Notes: generated by a model not told the origin, from the letters alone. A DNA stretch of 64,000 bases from Chiloscyllium plagiosum (GCF_004010195.1 NC_057738.1:18555622-18619621), one strand, 5' to 3'. Positions 11,537 through 25,100 are shown, counted from the stretch's first letter. Program-made: numbers and translations.

Positions 11537-12028
11537 AGGATATCTTTCGAACTGTTAATCACTTATCCATATATATCAATAAATTATTCACTATTGCAAT
11601 TTAAATAATGAGAATGTCACATTAAAATCAGGGCAGTTAGGCTTCCTCCAATCAGGTTTGTGTTGTGCACTATATACTGTAAACTGGAGTAAATATAAAT
11701 CATCCCTTTAATAAATTCCTTAGCTGTTTTACAGTGGCTTATTTCATATCTACATGTATCAAGCTCTATAAAACTCACCAATTATCAAAATATTTCATCT
11801 GAAGACACATCCAAAACAATCCATTACCTGATACCAAATACCTGTTAATGCCATTGCTGTGCTTACAATAACTTGTGTTTTATACAGCTGTTAACATACC
11901 AAAACCCCTCATGGTGCTGCACAAGTATTATCAAATAAAATTTGACAAGGCTCACATTAAGAGCGATTATAGCAGAGGAAGTGATTTAGAGAGTTGCAGA
12001 GGCATTTGAAGGATATTCTAAAGTTTGG

Positions 12029-12855
12029 ACAATAGACAATAGACAATAGACAATAGGTGCAGGAATAGGCCATTCTGCCCTTCGAGCCTGCACCGCCATT
12101 CAATATGATCATGGCTGATCATTCCTAATCAGTATCCTGTTCCTGCCTTATCTCCATAACCCTTGATTCCACTATCTTTGAGAGGTCTATCCAACTCTTT
12201 CTTAAATGAATCCAGAGACTGGGCCTCCACTGCCCCCTGGGGCAGAGCATTCCACACAGCCACCACTCTCTGGGTGAAGAAGCTTCTNNNNNNNNNNNNN
12301 NNNNNNNNNNNNNNNNNNNNNNNNNNNNNNNNNNNNNNNNNNNNNNNNNNNNNNNNNNNNNNNNNNNNNNNNNNNNNNNNNNNNNNNNNNNNNNNNNNNN
12401 NNNNNNNNNNNNNNNNNNNNNNNNNNNNNNNNNNNNNNNNNNNNNNNNNNNNNNNNNNNNNNNNNNNNNNNNNNNNNNNNNNNNNNNNNNNNNNNNNNNN
12501 NNNNNNNNNNNNNNNNNNNNNNNNNNNNNNNNNNNNNNNNNNNNNNNNNNNNNNNNNNNNNNNNNNNNNNNNNNNNNNNNNNNNNNNNNNNNNNNNNNNN
12601 NNNNNNNNNNNNNNNNNNNNNNNNNNNGTCTCAATCAGGTCCCCTCTCAGTCTTCTAAACTCAAGGGTACACAAGCCCAGTCTTTCAGTGTAGGGTAATC
12701 CCGCCATTCCAGGAATTGACCTCGTGAACCTACGCTGCACTCCCTCAATAGCCAGAATGTCTTTCCTCAAATTTGGAGACCAGAACTGCACACAGTACTC
12801 CAGGTGTGGTCTCACCAAGGCCCTGTACAGCTGCAGAAGCACCTCTTTGCTTCTA
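12029..12855 (-). mobile_element. Young CR1 3' fragment containing an assembly gap
   Basis: ORF 12129-12842 (-): [19 protein letters not shown]...FFTQRVVAVWNALP; (CTATTGT)n tail at 12029-12056. Confidence 0.92.
12288..12627. other. Assembly gap
   Basis: Run of N. Confidence 0.99.
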
Positions 12856-13269
12856 AAGAGCCCAAGCAGCTGAAGGCACAGCCATCAATGGTGGAACAAT
12901 TAAAATAAGACAGCTCTCAAGACATCAGAATTAGCAGACAGCAGCTATCACAGAAGTTTGTGGGGCTGGAAGGGATTAACAGATGTATGGAAATGTAAGG
13001 CCAAGCAAGGATATCAATTCAGAGATTAAACACTTCCAGATCGAGATGTTGCATAAGCAGGAACAAACATATCATCAGCAAACATAGGGACAAATGGGGG
13101 AACAGAAATTGGAGTAAGTTCAGATTCTTGCAGCAGAGCATTGGATAATCTCAGGTTTATGAAAGATACAACATTGGAACTCAACCAGGAATGGACTGGA
13201 ATAATCAAATCTATACAGGAATGGATAAGTGCTTCAGCAGCAGAATTGAGGCAAGTTAAAGTTTGACCA

Positions 13270-13400
13270 TCAGAAATTGCTGGAAAAGCTCAGTGTCTGT
13301 CTCAATTCAAGTTCTGAGGAAGGGTCACTCAGTTTGAAATGTTAACTTTAACTTCTCTCCACAGATACTGTTTCTGATTTACAGTATCCGCAGTTCTTTT
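13270..13400 (+). mobile_element. Short PLE-end-like element with hammerhead-like core (family C)
   Basis: AGTT-CTGAGGA-AGGGTCACTCAGTTT-GAAA-TGTT-AACT at 13310-13347; ends GATTTACAGTATCCGCAGTT, like family B termini. Confidence 0.55.
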
Positions 13401-13717
13401 GTTTTTTATTTAGAATTGCATCATGCTGCAGAAGAGGGAATGGAACAGATGGAATCATGGAACAGATGTGTGGTCAGAGTTAGCCTCACTATTAAATTTG
13501 CATTAAAGTTGCATACCGTCTGGAATATTCAACAGGCAGCCAGGGTGATGGACGAAATGGCAAAGGAACAGAGCTGGGGCAGACGTGAAATGGAAAGATG
13601 TTATGATAAATTAAGGAAAGTGAATCAGACAAGGATCCTCGCTTCAGAATGATAGCATTGTATTCTCAAAATCTTCAACTTCCATGTCCTCACTGCCCTT
13701 TCCTGCAGGAATAATGC

Positions 13718-13970
13718 CATTCATTTATGTAGCACCTATATGTTAGTAAAATGTTCCAAGGCACTTCACAAAAGCGATTATCAAGCAAAATTTGACATTG
13801 AGTCACTTAAGGAGATATTCAGACACGTGACAAAAAGCTAAGTCGAAAAGCGATCTTTTTAAGGAGGAGAAAGTAGAGATGTTTGGGAGGAAATTACAGG
13901 GCATAAAAGATTGGGGATGCTCAAGAAGACAAAAGCAAAAAAAAATCAGAATTTTCAGAGGGTATAAAGT
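13718..13970 (-). mobile_element. Old L2-type LINE 3' end
   Basis: CATTTATGTAGCACC...AAGGCACTTCAC...ATTATCAAGCAAAATTTGACA, repeated at ~11870. Confidence 0.5.
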
Positions 13971-14444
13971 CAAAGAAAAACATGTTATACAGAGAGCTTT
14001 TCACCAACAACAAATGCAGCACAGTACTCATTATATTCCTGGTCTACAGCAACATTAATATTAATCAACAAATCTTTCAAGACACAGACTTTTCATGAAT
14101 CTTATTTCTAGGTTCATTTTCTATTAGTTTCACATCCCAATCTAATGTTGAATGAAATGGCACATTGTTCAGAATGATCTTATTCTCAGCTTGAATTCTG
14201 CATGATGTGTGATCTGCCAGAACAGAAATACCTGCCAAAACCAATCTTGACACAGATGATGCTTCAATGCATCAGTAATATCAAAAAAGCTATCTCTTAC
14301 CAAGATAGTTACAAAGCCATTAATGGCCCTGGGCATATTGGAGAATCTCAAGGAGGATATTCATTGAGTTACATTGAGCTGACTCTAGCCAGGATGCTCT
14401 TGATGGTGGAATGACAGGGAATGGTGGGTGGAAGATGCCCAAGA

Positions 14445-14770
14445 GTAATTGAGAAGCCAGAATGAGGGGATTCAGTTTAAAAAAAGGTGGTCTCCTTTTA
14501 ATACTGAGATTAAGAGAGTGCTTTTTTCTCTGAGAGTGTCACCACTCTGTGGAATTACTCGCCTCATACAAGAGTATAGGCTCGTCACTGAATACGTTCA
14601 AGGCTTTTGGTTAGACTTTTGGTTAACAAGGGATTCAAATGTTATGGGAAGGCAGATAGGAAGTAGGAGATAAGGCCACTATAGATTAGCTGTGAATCTA
14701 ATGAATAGTACAAGATGATGGAGGGGCTAAGCGGCCTGTTTATGTTCCTAATTCTTGTGTTCTTGTGTTT
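14445..14770 (+). mobile_element. Old CR1 3' end
   Basis: PFNTEIKRVLFSLRV-like peptide; (TTCTTGTG)n tail. Confidence 0.65.
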
Positions 14771-16014
14771 TATCTTTCACTGTATTGCCAATTCTACCTG
14801 CAAGTCCATAGATTCACCAAAATAATGCCAGAGATAGAAGCCAAAGGCATAAGGAGAGACCTGACATACTGGTACTATGTTCCTTGAAATGGAGAAGGCT
14901 CAATAGAACTTTAACAGAGTTTTTGCTCAAACCATGAACAGTTTTGGATAGAGTGATTAACAGAAGATCATGGGGTTACATTTAGGCCAACGTTCCCCTG
15001 GTAGTTCTGCCAAGTCCCCTAAACTGGGATCAGAACTGTATTTGAAATAAAACGGTGTGTACTGAAGCAGGAAGACTAATAGCTATCTCTCATTTTCTGA
15101 ATATAGTTTTACCTGAGATTTATGTCAAAAGAATAATAAGCGACATAACTTTGATGTAATATGTCTACCAATCATCTTAAACGCTCAATGGTTACCTTCT
15201 TCCATGGAAGATTAGCATAAACAATGGAAAACAGTCGAAACTTCTAGAAGATTAAAATTGTCACTGAGGACAAGGGGAGATATTAGGGGAGAATGAATCG
15301 TTTCACGGAGGTGTGGAATATGGAAAACTTTGCTAGTTGTGGTGGATTGGTGGAGGAAAATTTAAGGGAACTTTAGGTAACTTCTTGAAGCCAAGAAAGA
15401 TACAGATTATTGAAAAAGAGGCAGCATTGAGATATTTTTGGATTTTAAAGAACCAGCACAAGCATCATGTTCTGACTAGTCTCTTTCCATTCTGAAAACC
15501 TCTATGCTCTTGTGGGTGATTACTGTAATTTGTAGTTTGTATTGTTAATTTTACTATGTTTTACAGATAATAAAACACAAATTTTTGTCTTCCAGAGGAG
15601 TTTTATGACCTGCAGACTGTAATCTCGCAATTAATCTCCATCCCACATTACAGCAGCAGTACACATTGGTATTCTATTCATCAAAGAGTACCCAGCAGAA
15701 ATCTTTACAATAGCCCAATTTATCTATCATTGAAGGCAAATGACCTCTATGTTCAAGAAATCTGTTTATTTCAATCTCTTTTGCTCTGCTGAATGTAAAT
15801 TGAACCTCTCATAAATAGCTAATGAGAATTTAAGATGGTAGGGAGACATATTACATCAAAGTTACGTCGCGTATTATTCTTTCAGCATAAATTTGCAGGT
15901 AAAACTATTTTCAGAAAGTGGGAGATAACTATTAGTCTTCCTGCTTCAGTATCAACAGTGTTATTTCTAATATTGTCCCGAGTCTAGTTTAGAGGAGGCC
16001 AGAAAATGAAAAAA

Positions 16015-16300
16015 AGAGAACTTGTCTGTATAAGGGCATAACATAAGGACAAATCAACATGCTTTATAGCCAATTACATACTTTTGAACGATAGTCAATA
16101 TTGTAATATAGGAAATATGGCAGACAACATATGTAAAGTCAGGTTCACCCTACCACATCAAAGTAAATGTTCAAGAGCTCCTCTGCTCCTCTTTGACTAG
16201 TGCCAAGGAAGCTTTTCTGTCCACCTGGAAGGGATGAATGCTTGTACAGTTCAGAAAATGCCACCCCCAGCAGTGTGACGCTCCCTGAGTACTCCACTAT
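16015..16300 (-). mobile_element. Ancient Deu-domain SINE
   Basis: GCTTTATAGCCAATTACATACTTTTGAA...CTGCTCCTCTTTGACTAGTGCCAAGGAAGCTTTT...CTCCCTGAGTACT matches the recalled antisense Deu-SINE pattern. Confidence 0.55.
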
Positions 16301-16327
16301 GGCACAGTAGATAGCTGCGTTATGTAC

Positions 16328-16649
16328 TTAGATTAGATTAGATTCCCTACGGTCAGGAAACAAGCACTTTGGCCCAACAAGTCCACACCGACCTTCCAAA
16401 GAGCAACCTACCCAGACCCATTTCCCTCTGACTAATATCCCTGAACACAATAGGCAATTTAGAATGGCCAATTCACCTGGCCTGCACATTTTTGGACTGT
16501 GGGAGGAAACTGGAACACCTGGAGGAAACCCACGCAGACACGGGGAAAATGTGCAAACTCCACACAGACAGTCGCCCGAGGCTGGAATCGAACCTGGGAT
16601 CCTGGTGCTGTGAAGCAGTAGTGCTAACCACTGAGCCACCGCGCCGCCC
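16328..16649 (-). mobile_element. HE1-type SINE, well preserved
   Basis: Complete head GGGCGGCGCGGTGGCTCAGTGG, B-box GGTTCGATTCC, (TCTAA)n tail. Confidence 0.93.
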
Positions 16650-17039
16650 AATGGGTTCTACAATGGGACTCAGAAGTCTGGTGCCCATTGAGGCACAGTG
16701 GGCACCAAACACTCACAAAGATTTTGGCTGTAAAGAAAACAAAGCTCTTGACCTGGATCAAGGATAGAGGATGGATTTAGAAGCTGACTACAATCTGGGT
16801 GCAGACTGCAAGTAAGACTGAAGGTGTTTGCTACACTCTTTTTCCATTTTTCTGGCAAATTTCAAGATGCTGGAGGTGTTATTGCAGGACTCATGCAATC
16901 CAAAAATATTGTGCCAATTATTTGTTCTTTCCAAACCCAGAGAGCAGCAACACAAAAAAAAATGTTAGATTGGTGAGAACTGTACTCTTACAAGCTTCTC
17001 TGTATTCTCTTATTCACCCTGTGATAATCTGTGGATTTT

Positions 17040-17622
17040 TTGAGTGTAGGAGTTGGGAAGTCATGCTGAGGTTGTACAGGACATTGAGGAGGCCTTCTCT
17101 GGAACACTGCGCCCAGTTTAGGTTGCCCAAGAATATTAGGAAGGATATTATTAAGTGGAGAGGGAACAAAAGAGATTTACCAGGCTGTTGCCAAGTATGG
17201 AAGGTTTAAGTTATAAAAGAAAAGGCTGGATAACCTGGGGACCTTTTTCACTGTAGCACAGGAGGTTGAGAGGCAACCTGATAGAAGATAATAAAATAAT
17301 GAGGGGTCTAGATAGAGTTAACAGTGGTTGTCTTTTCCCTAGAATGGTGGATTTCAAGACTAGGGGGGCACATTTTTAAGGTGAGAGAGGTTTAACAAAG
17401 ACCTGGGGGCACATTCTTTGCACAGAGGGTGGTTCACTTGTGGAATAAACTTCCTGGGGAAGTGATAAATGTGGGTATAATTACAACTTTAAAAGGTATT
17501 TGGAATAGGAAAGATTTGGAAGGAGATGGGCCAGGAGTAGGCAGGTGGGACTACTTTAGTTTGGAATTATGTTCAGCAGGTTGGAGCGTAAGGTCTGTTT
17601 CCATGCCGTATGACTCTATGAC
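17040..17622 (+). mobile_element. CR1 3' fragment
   Basis: ECRSWEVMLRLYRTL...VHLWNKLPGEV; TATGACTCTATGAC tail. Confidence 0.9.
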
Positions 17623-18944
17623 AGTATGTCTAGTTCTATTTCACAGTCTGAAGATACTCAGACAGTATGGGAATTGCAAAATATTGGAATATGTATTTTT
17701 GTGTTGCTGTGGTCATTGGGAGTTGTACAAGAGAAGCTTTAGGATCAGGCCTCAGCTTCATAAGGTCTGATCCACATCTTTTAAATATCAAGAATGATGT
17801 ATCAGTGAATCTATTAGAAGTGATCCACTGAAAATGAACCAAGCCTTATTCAAATATTACAATGATCTATAAATTCCACCATGCAATTCTCTAACTTAAC
17901 AGGCCACAACTGTGCTCTTCACGATACTAGCAATGGATAGACAGAGCTATCCTGTATGCCTGAAGCGGGTATTTGATCTTTGGTATAAATCATAAGCTCT
18001 ATTGCCTGCTTGAGGTCCCTCTCCAACACTACATTGCTCAAAAAATGAACAACCATGAATTTGTCAGTCAATATAGTTAAACAAAGCCTTGTTTTGCTTG
18101 TAGTCTCACTCGATCCAGATCATGCTTGTCAGGGTTACATTTGAAATTCTCATAAATGTGAGAGTGCTTAAACAGTCAAAACCCATTAGCTATTATTTAT
18201 TCCAATTTTACAACATGGTATTTTTGGTGTTTAAGCTGTTGGTGTTTTAAAATATACTGATGTGGAATGTACACCAGCCAAACTGTTGGCTAATTTGTGG
18301 GAACGTAGCATGTTATTGGAACATTCTTTGAAACAGGAAGACCTGAACAGAATATAAGACTTGCCAGAGTGGTCTAATGCTACAAACTTGGACCAGTTTG
18401 GAAGCAACAAGACCTTTATATAAGGTGTCTAAGGGTGAGCAGTGAGTCATATTACAATTGATGATGTAGATCAAATGTGAATGTGAAATAAAAAAAACAA
18501 GGCAAAGTTTTCCCCTCCAAGGATGTGGTGAGAAAGAAATATGAGAAAGGAAAATAATTGAGTGATTTAGCTCTGGAGAGATCCTCACCCACTTTGCGCC
18601 ACCTCATCAATGAAGTGCTTGGTAAGGAGGCACTTTTGACACTCAGCTCACTAGCTATTAAAGTCCCTAAGTGGTCAATTAACAATTAGCTAAGAGCTTC
18701 AACTCACCACCATCCCAATCCTGGCAGGCAAAAAAAGTGACTGGTTCCCCCAATGGGTGACTGTCGTGTTACCGTTCATTGTCAGTATACCTTGAAGGAC
18801 CATGCCCATGATATCATTACTGTAACAAACCTTTAAAATCTCATTTAATATATTAACTGGAATAATTTGTAGCATAATGTGCTAATGGAAGAATCCTGCA
18901 TTTTGCAACCTAATAACTTTCTATGACCTCAAACACTCATGTGT

Positions 18945-19133
18945 CACAGTGCCATAAGATGTACAGCATGGAAACAGACCCTTCGGTCCAACCCGTCCAT
19001 GCCGACCAGATATCCCAACCCAGTCTAGTCCCACCTGCCAGCATCCAGCCCATATCTCTCCAAACCCTTCCTATTCATATACCCATCCAAATGACTCTTA
19101 AATGTTGCAATTGTACCAGCCTCCACCACATTC
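18945..19133 (-). mobile_element. CR1 3' end
   Basis: Near reverse complement of 20655-20840 (VVEAGTIATFK...GRWD). Confidence 0.9.
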
Positions 19134-19840
19134 TTTGGCTTGTGAATCTTTTGTTTGTATATTTCGTGAGCTGCCTTAAATGTTTGTTGGATTCTTAAAT
19201 ACCACATTATCCATGCTTAACTAAGACTCCATGCTAAGACTCCAAAATCTTTCTGGCAGATATTTAGAAAACTAATTGAAGACTAATTGGATGACAGCCA
19301 TCAATGAATTCAGACAACAGTAGCATTAGCTTCAATGCAGCCAGCCATACAGATCTCTAGATAGGCCTTTAACTAAACAGAAAGATGGCTAGATTTTAAA
19401 CAAAGGAAAAATTATAACTCCTGTAAGACGTAAGAAAGCTCTGAGTCCCTTTTTTATCAAATAAAAAGGCTGAAGTTACCAATACAATACCAGACAAATT
19501 TTTGTGTCTTTTTCTTTAGGAATGAGAGTCAGCAGATCTTGACATCATAGTTACAAAATACAGTTTTTAAATAACCAAAAAAAAAGTTTGCTACACTCAG
19601 AGGGCTTAGCTATTTCCTGGTATTTGTTAATGCCAACATTTTCTTTCTTTAAATTGGCAAAAAAATCAAAACAATGCCTCATGATGTCATCACTCCTTAT
19701 TTGGTGCAAATGCAATCGCGAAGCAGAAATCTGCAACTGTAAGCTTGCAATTCTTAAAGTACAAGTTGACAGTTCTTAAACTAACATCCTCAAAGGGCCC
19801 AAGACAGGAAAGGAATGGCAACAGGGAACAAAGGGAAACA

Positions 19841-20851
19841 GAAGGATTGGTGCTGGGCCCTCTACTTTTTGTCATTTACATAAATAATTTGGATGCGAGC
19901 ATAAGAGGTACAGTTAGTAAGTTTGCAGATAACACCAAAGTTGGAGGTGCAGTGGACAGCGAAGAGGGTTACCTCAGATAACAACAGGATCTGGACCAGA
20001 TGGGCCAATGGGCTGAGAAGTGGCAGATAGAGTTTAATTCAGATAAATATGAGGTGCTGCATTTTGGGAAAGCAAATCTTAGCAGAACTTATACACTTAA
20101 TGGTAAGGTCCTAGGGAGTGTTGCTGAACAAAGAAACCTTGGAATGCAGGTTCGTAGCTCCTTGAAAGTGGAGTCGCAGGTAGATAGGATAGTGAAGAAG
20201 GTGTTTGGTGTGCTTTCCTTTATTGGTCAGAGTATTGAGTACAGGAGTTGGGAAGTCATGTTGCGGATGTACAGGACATTGGTTAGGCCACTGTTGGAAT
20301 ATTGCATGCAATTCTGGTCTCCTTCCTATCGGAAAGATGTTGTGAAACTTGAAAGGGTTCAGAAAAGATTTACAAGGATGTTGCCAGGGTTGGAGGACCT
20401 GAGCTACAGGGAGAGGCAGAACAGGCTGGGGCTGTTTTCCCTGGAGCATTGGGGGCTGAGGGATGACCTTATAGAGGTTTACAAAATTATGAGGGACATG
20501 GATAGGATAAATAGACAAAGTATTTTCCCTGGGGTCGGGGAGTCCAGAACTAGAGGGCATAGGTTTAGGGTGAGAGGGAAAAGAGATAAAAGAGACCAAA
20601 GGGGCAACGTTTTCACCCAGAGGGTGGTACATGTATGGAATGAGCTGCCAGAGGATGTGGTCGAGGCTGGTACAATTGCAACATTTAAGAGGCATTTGGC
20701 TGGGTATATGAATAGGAAGAGTTTGGAGGGATATGGGCCGGGTGCTGACAGGTGGGACTAGATTGGGTTGGGATAACTGATCAGCATGGACGGGTTGGAC
20801 CGAAGGGTCTGTTTCCATGCTGTACATCTCTATGACTCTATAACTCTATGA
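19841..20851 (+). mobile_element. Young 5'-truncated CR1 LINE (RT C-terminal half plus 3' UTR)
   Basis: GLVLGPLLFVIYINNL...SKFADNTK, then a 253-aa ORF 20000-20761; one in-frame stop; (ATGACTCT)-type tail. Confidence 0.95.
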
Positions 20852-20951
20852 GAAGTAATGAAAATGATAAATGAAAGGAAAGAGAATCAAAACCATTGAA
20901 AAAGTAAAAACTGCACTGCACTCTACTTATAAAAATACTTATTAAAAAAAG

Positions 20952-21153
20952 TCATGATTCGGAGATGCTGGTGTTGGACTGGGGTGTACAAAGTTAAAAA
21001 TCACACAACACCAGGTTATAGTCCAACAGGTTTAATTGGAAGCACTAGTTTTCAGAGCGTTGCTCCTTCATCAGGTGGTTGTGACAACTGAAAGCGAGTG
21101 CTTCCAATTAAACCTGTTGGACTATAACCTGGTGTTGTGTGATTTTTAACTTT
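20952..21153. mobile_element. PLE-derived fold-back element (family A) with hammerhead
   Basis: Arms ~20990-21054 and ~21088-21153 are near-perfect inverted repeats; minus strand 21043-21077 reads CAC-CTGATGA-AGGAGCAACGCTCT-GAAA-ACTA-GTG. Confidence 0.85.
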
Positions 21154-21379
21154 ATTGCAAATAGAAGTGGAAAGCAAATGGTTAATTATGGACTGGGCAT
21201 TCATTGGCTGCAGGGAAAGTTTTTACATGGTGCAAAAATGGTCAACCAAGTAAAGGCAAAATTTTGGAGATGAACAAGCTTCCCATATTATTATCGATAT
21301 TGATAAGGTGAACAGAATGTTTGTTGACCATTAATAGTATGTGCTAACAGTGGAATGTGCTTGAATACCCACTGGAAGC

Positions 21380-21545
21380 ATTATGGCACTCCGCAAGGCT
21401 GAACATGACATGGAGAGCATATTCAGAGCTGTGGTTCCACCGCAGCTTAAAGCCTGGGGACAGAACATGAAGGGGTAACTGTCGGGCAGCCCAAGTAAAA
21501 CAGGCAGGTGGTTCAGGAATCCGCTGGGATCACACTCTGCATTAT
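21380..21545 (+). mobile_element. CR1 ORF1 remnant
   Basis: AGGCAGGTGGTTCAGGAATCC reads RQVVQES, resembling the CR1 ORF1 region upstream of the esterase. Confidence 0.4.
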
Positions 21546-22229
21546 TAGGCTAAAAAGGCCTAATGAGTTCTTTATCATCTGATCAAAATGAATACAAGAA
21601 GATACATGCACTTCAATATAAAATAAATTCATTGGTTTCATCTAATTTAGAAACAATTCAAACTAGTGAGTCAATCTATTAGCTTAAATAACTTTAGAAA
21701 TATTCAACAGAGACACTCACTACCTTCTGCCCACTGGAGACTCCTGGGTGAAGACTGGCACTTGGAATCTATCTCAGTTTCCACTGCAGCAGTCAGTGAA
21801 CTCCAGTCCAATAATATGTCTGAATTCATTGATGGCTGTCATCCAATTAGTCTTCAATTAGTTTTCTAAATATCTGACAGAAAGATTTTAGAGTCTTTTT
21901 TTAATAGATGTCCATTGCTGTTAATGTTGCCGATGGGCAAATGTGTCCTGAGCGGGGAAAAGTTCCCAATATTGAAACAGTTCTGAACCTGATGTTAAGT
22001 TCTGCATTTCCATCTCTGATTACCATTCCCAAGTGTTACTTTGTGCAAAAGCAAGTCCAGGTGTCTCTCTGTCTTTGTACAACAGTCTATTCCTATCTCA
22101 GTTGAGGCCATTGCTTCATCCTTCCAGTTTACACTACACCTGTTTTATCACAAACTTTCCTTCAATTGGAATCAACCTCAGGACTGTGCTGCTGAAGTAC
22201 CATCAAGCATGTCTCCTGTCCCAACAGAG

Positions 22230-24443
22230 GTCCAAACATGCTTGACCATTGCTGTACAACTAAAGATACCTACTGGTCCATCTCCCATCCGCATTTTGGA
22301 AAATCAGACCACAAATGCCATGCTCCTCCTCTCAGCTCGCAAGCAGAAATTGGAGTGTAAGAATTCACTACTGAATGTAGTGCAGTATTAATCTGAGGCA
22401 ACAGAAGGACGTCCATGTGATTGCTTCGAATTGGTGGGCTTGTTCATATTCAAGAACTCCGTAACCAACGTAACTGAGTTTGCCACTACAGTTATGGACT
22501 TTGTACATTTGTAGAAGGCAGCATGACAAAGACATTTATCTGAATGTTTCCCAACCGGAAACCATGGATGAACCGAGAGATCCGCTCTGCACTAAAGTCC
22601 AGGTCTGAGGCACTCAAAGCAGGCAACCGTGATCCATGTAGGAAATCCAGAAATAACCTTTGGAAGGCCTTCAGGGATGCAAAGAGGCAAAATCAAACTA
22701 AGCTTGAGACCCAGGCCAAGCACATGGACACCCATCATTTGTGGCAAGGCTTACCTAACAGGCTACTAAGCAAAGTGAATGGAATTTCTGGCAACAGTAC
22801 ATCCCTACCTAATGAGCTCATTGCATTCAATGCTCACTTTGAAGGGAAAGGCAGTGAGAAGATATCACCTGTCACATCAGTCTTGGATACACTTGTCTCC
22901 TTGGTCATCACCGCAGGTGTTAGATCGGCCTTCTTGAGGGTGAACCCACAGAAAGCAACTGGCCTGGATGGAATCCCCAACTGTACACTCAGATCCTCTG
23001 TGAAGCTGGGTGTAATCACAGACATCTTTAACCTCTCCTGACTACAATCTGAAGTCCGCATCTTCTTCAAGAAGACCACCATTGGCACAGTGCCAAAGAA
23101 AAATCATGCAGCATGTCTCAATGACTACTGCCCAGAGGCTCCGAACTCCATAATTATGAAGTGCTTCGAGAAATTTGTCATGGCTCATATCAACTCCAGC
23201 CTCCCAGATTGTCTTGATCCTTTGCAATCCGCCTACTGGCTCATCAGGTCCATGGTAGATGCTATGTCCCTGGCCCTATATTCATCCCGGGAACATCTGG
23301 ACAACAAGGATACATATGTCAGCCTCCTATTTATTGATCACAGCCGCACTTTTGACACCATCATTCCAAACAAGCTCATCTGCAAACTCTGTGACCCAGG
23401 AGTAACTGGATCCCTGAATTCCTGACCTACAGATCGCATATCAGTAAGGATAGACTGAATCATATCCACCATGATAATCTTCAACACCAGTGCCCCGCAA
23501 GGCTGTGTACTCAGCCCACTACTGTTCTCCTTATGCAGATACAACTGTGTGGCCAACTTCCGACTCAACTCCATTTACAAATTTACATAATTGCACAAGC
23601 GTTGTAGGGCGGATCTCAAACAACAATGAGACAGAATACAGGAAAGAGATTGAGTGTTTAATGGCACAGTGTAAAGACAACAATCTCTCCATCAATGTCA
23701 GCAAAACAAAGGAGCTGGCCATTGACTTCAGGAAGCAGAGTAGAGCGCGCATCTCTGTCTGCATCAATGGTGCTGAGTTGGAGATGGTCCAGTGTGTCAA
23801 GTTCCTGGGAGTGATGATCACCAACGATCTATCCTGGTCCACCCATGTTGATATGATGATCAAGAAATCACAACAATGTTTCTACTTCCTCAGGAGGCTA
23901 AGGAAATTCGGCATGCCCACAAAGACTCTTACCAATTATACAGATGCACCAGAGAAACCATTCTATCCGGATGCATCACTGTGTGGTTTGGCAACTGCTC
24001 TTCCTAAGATTTGCAAGAAACTACAGGGAGTTGTGAACACAGCTCAGTCCATCACACAAACAATCCTTCCATCCATTGACTCCATCTATACGCCCTGCCG
24101 GCTTGGGAAAGCAGCCAACATAATCAAAAGACCCCTCCCACCCAAGTTATACCCTCTCCCACCTTCTTTAATTGAGCAGGAGATATAAAAGTGTGAATAC
24201 ACATAAGAAAAGATTCAAGAACAGATTCTTCCCCATTGTTATCACAATGTTAAACAGATCTCTCAAATGTTAGTGTTGAGTTCTCTCTCTGCACCTTCTC
24301 TGTGGCTGTAACACTGTATTCTGCTCTCTGTTCCGCTACCCTGATGCACTTTGTATGGTACAATCTTCCTGTATGCCATGCAAAATAACGCTGTTCACTG
24401 TACCTTGGTATGTGAGACATCAATAAAACAAATCAAATCAAAT
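22230..24443 (+). mobile_element. Rex1/Babar-clade LINE, decayed ORF
   Basis: FPNRKPWMN, KATGLDGIP, LNDYCP, LDPLQSAY, PQG(C)VLSP, INVSKTKELAIDFRK, VKFLGV across frameshifted ORFs; AATAAA plus (CAAAT)n tail. Confidence 0.9.
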
Positions 24444-24802
24444 GAATGATTATTGCCATATCCAATTAACCCTCAACAATCTGGTTCAGAAATATCATTT
24501 TTAAGTCTAACACTACATGCTCACAAACAGTTTTTCCATTTTGGAATCTGATGAGGGCATAGCTTCATCAAAGAAGTGCAGTCAGAGTTTGCGGCATCAC
24601 AAGCAGCTCCATAGATCAGGAGGAGAGGAAGAAGAATGGGAGAACAATAGGAAGAAGGGATTTATTAATTAGGAGAACAGACAGGCATTTCTGGGCTGTA
24701 GACCTGATTCTACGTTAGAAATCTAGTGCTAGGGTCAAGGATGTCACAGTGTGGCTGCAGAGCATTCTTCTGGGGAAGGGTGAACAGCTAAAGGTCGTGA
24801 TT

Positions 24803-25100
24803 AGAGTGATGCTGGAAAGGCACAGCCGGTCAGGCAGCATCTGAGGAACAGGAAAATTGGCGTTTCCGGCAGGAGCCCTTCATCAGGAAGCTTTGTGGGT
24901 GGAGAGATAAATGGAAGGGGTGGGGCTGGGGAGAAGGTAGCTGGGAGTGCAATAGATGGATAGAGGAAGGGGGTAAAGGTGAAGCTCGGAGAGGAGGGTG
25001 GAGCGGATAAGTGGGAAGGAAGATTGACAGGTGAGACAGGTCATGAAGATGGTGCTGAGCTGAAAGTTTGGAACTGGGGTAAGGTCGGAGAGGGGAAATG
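24803..25100 (-). mobile_element. PLE 3' fragment (family B) with hammerhead motif
   Basis: Homologous to 62815-63125; minus strand reads CTGATGA-AGGGCTCCTGCCG-GAAA-CGCC (24859-24886). Confidence 0.8.

Larger units (their letters stand above)
11868..13250 (-). mobile_element. Old L2-type LINE 3' region, split by CR1 insertion
   Basis: 11868-12028 resembles 13720-13900; continues at ~12855 with GCAGCTGAAGGCACAGCCATCAATGGTGG. Confidence 0.5.

Noticed and set aside
12029-12056. Short tandem repeats (ACAATAG)n, also 52407-52438
   Set aside because: CR1 3' tail microsatellites; no spacers, so not CRISPR-like.
12125-12693. Long ORFs containing X runs (also 63064-63580)
   Set aside because: Their length is inflated by assembly gaps.
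15585-15625. Splice-acceptor-like TTTTTGTCTTCCAG
   Set aside because: No sustained reading frame or matching donor identified downstream.
16560-16649. tRNA-like sequence with A and B boxes (and other copies)
   Set aside because: These are SINE heads continuous with the HE1 body, not tRNA genes.
20111-20827. 238-aa minus-strand ORF
   Set aside because: Antisense shadow of the CR1 RT ORF.
20990-21153. Palindromes as DNA-transposon MITEs, terminators or miRNA precursors
   Set aside because: The arms are homologous to PLE 3' ends and asymmetric, and related hairpins have 14-15 bp TSDs; the context is eukaryotic and nothing specific supports a miRNA.
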